Assembly (NCBI GenBank): GCA_965209055.1
Contig: OZ242374.1
Span: 5,184,001-5,248,000, forward strand
DNA: 64,000 bases
Source of the DNA: Acidobacteriota bacterium
GTDB lineage: Bacteria; Acidobacteriota; UBA6911; RPQK01; JAJDTT01
Direction of reading: 5' to 3'
Of this stretch, positions 58,962 through 64,000 are shown piece by piece. Each line of letters opens with the position of its first letter. Positions within the stretch are counted from its first letter, which is position 1. The translations under genes were made by a program, and so were the position numbers. The notes below the pieces were generated by a model. The model had not been told where the DNA came from. It was given only the letters and a program-made list of their open reading frames with translations, and ran no database searches.

Positions 58962-60832
58962 TGGGCGCCGATTCGAACAAGATTCGTTCCCGAGAAGTCT
59001 TCAGTGACGAACAGGTAGTCTCGCTCCCGGACGGTCTTGGCGGACGCAGTGACCTGCCGACCGTCGATCTGGACGGTCTGCCCTGCCTGTTGCGCAGGGA
59101 TCATCAGACTCAACCCGTGGACCTGCCGGGGGGCGTCAACCAAAAATTCATAGCCGCTTTCATTCTCGCGGAACCCGCGGATTCTGACTTGACTGCGGGC
59201 CCGAACGAAGTCGTGCCACTGGTCGCCACTCACAATGGGAACTCCCAATTCTTTGGCGATCTCGATGCAGCCAAGCGTCCAGGCCTTGTTGGAATTGACG
59301 GAATCGGGGATCGGGAACAGGTAGAACGGCGGGTGAAAGTTAATCGCAACCGCGGTATGAAAGCGAGCGATGCTGTTGTTGAGCAGCTCGCGGAATCTGG
59401 TCAGGGCTTCCTCGGTGCTCCAGTTGGAGGAATAGAACATTTGAGAAATGATGACATCGTCCTCGTACTGCGTAAGCTGCTGATAAATATCGGCAATCTT
59501 GCCGAACCGGTTCACAAAACGCATCGGCAGTCCACTGCCGGTCATGTACCCGTCGTAAACGGGAATGAAATTGACGTAGGTGAAGTCCATTCCGACACCA
59601 ACTTCAGCCAATAGGCGCGCCTGCGTGACCCAACCCATCCAGCGCAAATTGTGCATCCGGGTGGTATGAACGGGAAGTCCGTAGATCTCTCGGAACTCCC
59701 GGACGTCTCTCTGCAATATCGACCGCATTTGCGCCTGGTTCGGAAACAGAACGTCGGAGCCGCCCTCGAAATGAACCCCAAATGAGATCTGATTCGGTTC
59801 CCACGATTGATGGAAGAGGTGGACTGACGGGGCTCCACCTTCACCGAAGGGACGGGTCAAGTAGATGGTCAACGGGACACCGAGTGCCACAATGTCTTTT
59901 CGAACTGCTTCCATGTCACTTGCAGTTCCAAATTCGTGGTCACTCGTCAGGATGAAGACAGCATCGGCGCCGGCCGGAAAGTACCAGAGCCTCGGCAGCG
60001 TTTGCGGCTCCGTCAAACTCCGGAGAATTCCGGTCAAGAAATGCATTTGCTCGTCTGCCTGGGGGATCATCACCTTGGCCGAATCGATCCAATGGTCTTT
60101 ACCGCTCAAAAACATGTCGTTGGGCCGGAGACCCCCGACCGCATCATTTTCCTGGTCGGCCCACGCCGGATTGCCTTGGCGGGTGAGGGCGATGCTCCAG
60201 GGAAGATCGTAGGCGAAGACGACAAACCGTCCTTGGCCGAGATCGCCTTCGAGAATCGCAACATCCTGGGACGGCCGTTCTTCCCCGAACCAAGCCAACG
60301 GGCGGATTCCGGGAGCAGTGTAAAGGCGACTGGAGCCGTGGATCTGAAGGCTCTCGGAAACCAATCCAAGTGCCTCGGACCGGCTTGATTCAAATTGGAT
60401 ATATGCGTGGTCGGCATCCAACTCCGGTCCGGCTTCGAGGCCCAGTCTTTTGCCGAGGTTCGGCTGGGGTAGAAACGAAACGAGGTGGCCTCCGGACTTC
60501 ACGTAGGATTCGATCCGATCCAGTTGGTCGTCCGTGTAGGATCCCGAAGGGAGGATCGCGACACGATATTTTCCAAGATCGCCGGGCGCCAACTCCGCCA
60601 GACGCTTGAGGTCGTGTTCGACGAGACCTTCAGCAAGCAGGATCTCTGCGATATAGGCGCTGAAGTCCCGTACTCCTTCGTTTTGTTGAACGATCAGAAT
60701 TCGCGGCGACTGACTGTGGACGTCAGGACACAAAACCAGGAGCAGTCCCAGAATCAGCAACGTCCTGAACGGGTTGCGAGCGATGAACAGTCTTTTCCGG
60801 CATTGCATAGTGAACCTGCCTTTGTCACTCAT
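58958..60832 (-). CDS. Secreted hypothetical protein with GATase-like and polysaccharide-deacetylase-like regions
   Basis: Signal peptide; FILTSDHE, GVH, RMHNLRW, TGSGLPMRF and NFHP. Confidence 0.65.
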   Translation of the reverse strand: MSDKGRFTMQCRKRLFIARNPFRTLLILGLLLVLCPDVHSQSPRILIVQQNEGVRDFSAYIAEILLAEGLVEHDLKRLAELAPGDLGKYRVAILPSGSYTDDQLDRIESYVKSGGHLVSFLPQPNLGKRLGLEAGPELDADHAYIQFESSRSEALGLVSESLQIHGSSRLYTAPGIRPLAWFGEERPSQDVAILEGDLGQGRFVVFAYDLPWSIALTRQGNPAWADQENDAVGGLRPNDMFLSGKDHWIDSAKVMIPQADEQMHFLTGILRSLTEPQTLPRLWYFPAGADAVFILTSDHEFGTASDMEAVRKDIVALGVPLTIYLTRPFGEGGAPSVHLFHQSWEPNQISFGVHFEGGSDVLFPNQAQMRSILQRDVREFREIYGLPVHTTRMHNLRWMGWVTQARLLAEVGVGMDFTYVNFIPVYDGYMTGSGLPMRFVNRFGKIADIYQQLTQYEDDVIISQMFYSSNWSTEEALTRFRELLNNSIARFHTAVAINFHPPFYLFPIPDSVNSNKAWTLGCIEIAKELGVPIVSGDQWHDFVRARSQVRIRGFRENESGYEFLVDAPRQVHGLSLMIPAQQAGQTVQIDGRQVTASAKTVRERDYLFVTEDFSGTNLVRIGAQ

Positions 60833-60855
60833 ATGTCCGCTGAGAATACAGCGAT

Positions 60856-62586
60856 CTATTCCGGTTCCACGACGGTCAAAATTTGATCTGCTTCCACATT
60901 CCGAAGTGTTTGGACGGCTCCGGTCGGCCACCTGATAAATAGTTCATCGATTTTGTTTCTGTGGCCCAGGCCGAAAAATAATCGACGATCGCTGCCGGAG
61001 AGGTAACTGTCTCCGCTGGCGACCTCTTGAACTTGGTTTCGGTGGTGATCCGACTTCAACCAGGCCCGGGCGCCGATGGCATCGCGATTGCTCCGGGTTC
61101 CGACCAGTTGCAGCAGGAGCCAGTGTCGATCGCCGGTTCCCTGATTGTAGAGCAGATTCGGACGCCCATCCAAATTTGAGACGACGATGTCCAGTGCGCC
61201 GTCGTTATTCAGGTCTCCGACCGCTGACCCGCGGCCGACCCGTTTCGGTTGGGCCAGAATATGAGACTCGTTGGAAAAAGTGCCGTCTCCCAGGTTTCGG
61301 TAGAAAAGGTCTTCCTGCGGATAGGTCAGGTCCGTCTCTCGCTCGACTTCGGGATAGAGATGACCGTTAACGACCGAGAGATCTTTCCACCCGTCGCCAT
61401 CGTAATCCAGGAATGCGCTGCCCCAGCCCATGTAGGAAAAACTGTCGGTGAGTTTGGCGCGGGCAGTGACGTCGATGAAGAATCCATTGCCCAGATTCTT
61501 ATAGAGCGTGTTGGTGTCTTGCGCGAAGTTGGTCACGAAGAGGTCGAGATGGTCATCGCCGTCGTAATCCCCAAAGGCCACGCCCATCCCGGCTTGCTCC
61601 AACCCGTCTCCGCTCAGAGCCACACCGGTTAGCAATCCAACTTCCGAGAAGGTTCCATCCCCTTGATTTTGAAAGAGGAAATTCGGGTTCGAATCATTGG
61701 CAACGTAAATGTCCAAATCCCCGTCGTCGTCATAATCGAGAGAGACGACTCCCAGGCCGTAGTAGCCCGGGTCCTCGATCCGGCTGGCCCGTGTGGCCTC
61801 GGCGAATGAACCGTCGCCCAGATTCCGGAAGAGAACGTCTTCGTCTCCCGGCAGCCCCTGTGGCCCGCACATGACGTTCAGGCCCATGTATGAGCAGAAA
61901 CGATTCTCATCCGGGTTCGGAGGCGGCAGGCTCAGGTCAAGCCTCACGTAGGCCGCGACGTAAAGATCGAGCAGGCCGTCGCGATCATAGTCGCCCCAGG
62001 AACAACCCGTGCTCCAGCCGCCATGAGCGGTTCCGGATTTATCGCTGATGTCTGCGAAAGTCCCGTTTCCAAGGTTTTCGAAGAGGACGTTGGGACCCAG
62101 ATTGGTCACGTAGAGATCCTGATCTCCGTCGTTGTCGAAGTCGGCAGCCGCACACCCCATCCCCCAACCCGGATCACCGACCCCGGTCTTCGCCGTCACG
62201 TCCTTGAAATGACCATTCCGCAGATTCTTGAAGAGGTAATTCTGGAGACGCGCCGGGCCTGATTTCTGAGATTGACCGGGAACGGTGGAACCATTGACGA
62301 CATAGACATCGAGCCAGCCGTCGTTGTTGTAGTCAAACAGGCAGACCCCTCCGGTCATGCCCTCCACCAGGTATTGCTTGTTGTCGGGATCGCCGGCGCG
62401 AATCTCGGCGTGAAGACCATGGCGGGCGGCCGTGTCCCGGAAAACCTCCGGCTGCCCGTTACCGGAGGCCTGGGCGCGGCCCTGGATGGGAGCGAGCAGA
62501 ATCAACAGGAGGTTCCATGACAATCGACGGATGGTGGAACGCCGCCGCCGCGTCAGAGCATCGGGCCGGCTACGAGGTGTCGACAA
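60856..62586 (-). CDS. CRTAC1/ASPIC-UnbV FG-GAP repeat protein
   Basis: Repeated DxDxDGxLD motifs; NRDAIGAR..SYLS..RLFFGLG..IRWP. Confidence 0.92.
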   Translation of the reverse strand: MSTPRSRPDALTRRRRSTIRRLSWNLLLILLAPIQGRAQASGNGQPEVFRDTAARHGLHAEIRAGDPDNKQYLVEGMTGGVCLFDYNNDGWLDVYVVNGSTVPGQSQKSGPARLQNYLFKNLRNGHFKDVTAKTGVGDPGWGMGCAAADFDNDGDQDLYVTNLGPNVLFENLGNGTFADISDKSGTAHGGWSTGCSWGDYDRDGLLDLYVAAYVRLDLSLPPPNPDENRFCSYMGLNVMCGPQGLPGDEDVLFRNLGDGSFAEATRASRIEDPGYYGLGVVSLDYDDDGDLDIYVANDSNPNFLFQNQGDGTFSEVGLLTGVALSGDGLEQAGMGVAFGDYDGDDHLDLFVTNFAQDTNTLYKNLGNGFFIDVTARAKLTDSFSYMGWGSAFLDYDGDGWKDLSVVNGHLYPEVERETDLTYPQEDLFYRNLGDGTFSNESHILAQPKRVGRGSAVGDLNNDGALDIVVSNLDGRPNLLYNQGTGDRHWLLLQLVGTRSNRDAIGARAWLKSDHHRNQVQEVASGDSYLSGSDRRLFFGLGHRNKIDELFIRWPTGAVQTLRNVEADQILTVVEPE

Positions 62587-62759
62587 GGACTTACCGGACC
62601 GGAGAGCTTCTCTCGCAGAGAAAAAGAGTCGAATCGATCGAAACCGCCTGCCAAAGGTGATGCTTCACGCCAATCCCGGTCTTGTTTTAGCAGGCGGTTC
62701 CCGATACCGCAGTCACATCCCAACGGCGTCCTACAAATGTAAATCCGGTAGCGCGTCGG

Positions 62760-64000
62760 TCAGAACCTGAATTTCAAAGCAAACTGAATCTGCCGTCCTG
62801 TTCCGGCGCCCCGGATGGTTCCCACAGTGCCCGAAGCCAGATTGCTGACCGGATTGGCGAAATTCGGACGATTCAACAAGTTAAAGAACTCTCCCCGCAA
62901 CTGCAGGCTGCTGGTTTCGGTCACAGTAAAGTTCTTCATCAATCCGAAATCAACATTGGCAAATCCGGGTCCCACGAGAGTGTTTCGCCCCAAGGTTCCA
63001 AACGTCAATACGGGATTGGGTTCGAACGCGTCCGGATTGAAATACCTCCGTATGAGCTGCCCCCGGTCGCGCCCGGTATCCAGTTTCGCATTTCCAAACT
63101 GATTGGGCCGGTCCTGGCCGAGCGCCGTCCGGGAGTTGTCCAGACCTGTCATCACCGTGAAAGGACTTCCACTCTGCATGCTGACCAAGCCCGTAAACTG
63201 CCAGCCGCCCAGCGTATTCCTAATGATGACCGAATCATGCTGGGCGAGCCAGCCCGGACTCCAGACCCACGAAGCAGAGAAGATCTGGCGCCGGTCAAAC
63301 AACGCCGGTCCCCGGTCCAGTCCGGGGTTGTCCGAATCCTGATGGACGCCACGATTTTGGTACCCCGTACGGGTTGTATCGATCCATTTGCTCCAAGTGT
63401 AGTTCACATTGAGCAGGTAGTTGTTGGTAAACCGTTTGCTCAACACCATCTGCAGTGCGTTGTAGTTGGAAGACGCACCGTCTTCGAAGCGCCGAATGGT
63501 GCCTATGCCGGCCGGGTTATAACGGCGGCGCTGCTGGCGGTTCCCCAACGTGCATTCCTCAGGGTTCCGGGATGGACAACTTGCGGGATTCCTTTCCACG
63601 GTGTCGGCCAGTTTACGCACCGTATTTCCTACAAACGCAACCTCAAGAAGATAGTCTCCCGGCAATTGCTGCTGCACGGCAAGACTGTAATGCTGAATGT
63701 AAGGGTTTCGGATTTCCGGTTCGATCGCCCAAGCCGAGATCGGTTTAGAAAAGATCACGACTCCGGTTTCCGGACAAAATGTCGATATTGTTCCCGGGCA
63801 AGCACTGGGCAAGGGATTCTCTCGAAAGGGATTGGAAAACTCGCTCAAGAGGTCCGATGTCAGCGAGAAGATGGGAAGAAACGGCTGGTTCAGCGCCGAA
63901 AACTGAGAGTAGCCATTGGTGCTGAACTGGTAAAAGACACCCCACCCGGCACGGACACTCGTCTTTCCGGTTCCGAACACGTCCCAGGCCAAGCCCAAGC
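62760..64000 (-). CDS. TonB-dependent (Oar-like) outer-membrane receptor, C-terminal part
   Basis: GLAWDVFGTGKTSVRAGWG, SNYNALQ, GRNTLVGPG and EFFNLLNRPNF..RQIQFALKFRF. Confidence 0.92.
   Translation of the reverse strand, partial: LGLAWDVFGTGKTSVRAGWGVFYQFSTNGYSQFSALNQPFLPIFSLTSDLLSEFSNPFRENPLPSACPGTISTFCPETGVVIFSKPISAWAIEPEIRNPYIQHYSLAVQQQLPGDYLLEVAFVGNTVRKLADTVERNPASCPSRNPEECTLGNRQQRRRYNPAGIGTIRRFEDGASSNYNALQMVLSKRFTNNYLLNVNYTWSKWIDTTRTGYQNRGVHQDSDNPGLDRGPALFDRRQIFSASWVWSPGWLAQHDSVIIRNTLGGWQFTGLVSMQSGSPFTVMTGLDNSRTALGQDRPNQFGNAKLDTGRDRGQLIRRYFNPDAFEPNPVLTFGTLGRNTLVGPGFANVDFGLMKNFTVTETSSLQLRGEFFNLLNRPNFANPVSNLASGTVGTIRGAGTGRQIQFALKFRF

Overview
High-GC bacterial chromosome segment. The gene content suggests Acidobacteriota (Oar-type TonB receptor, ASPIC/UnbV protein, DUF1501/DUF1553 pairs), possibly host- or sponge-associated (plant-type LRR + Calx-beta protein); this is inference. 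The backbone carries an AddA/UvrD helicase-nuclease, PIN toxin-antitoxin modules, an anaerobic sulfatase maturase, a polyamine-type ABC transporter, a form II cox-like molybdoenzyme cluster, a rhomboid protease, xdhC, metK and a carbohydrate uptake/catabolism region. The main result is two sister tyrosine-integrase elements (about 14390-23574 and 32603-40148). They share near-identical integrases, matching right ends and a conserved ~480 bp structured internal block. Each carries a relic 5' half of a tRNA-Arg-like gene at its integrase end, yet neither is inserted in a tRNA. Each splits a different GGAG-type REP palindrome, and the 7-nt 'anticodon loop' of each relic equals the centre of the REP it occupies. 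Both have a broken excisionase. Element 1 carries defence-like cargo. Element 2 carries an LRR surface protein whose likely start codon is out of frame behind a 7-bp tandem repeat, consistent with phase variation. All family assignments come from motif recognition by eye, not database searches.
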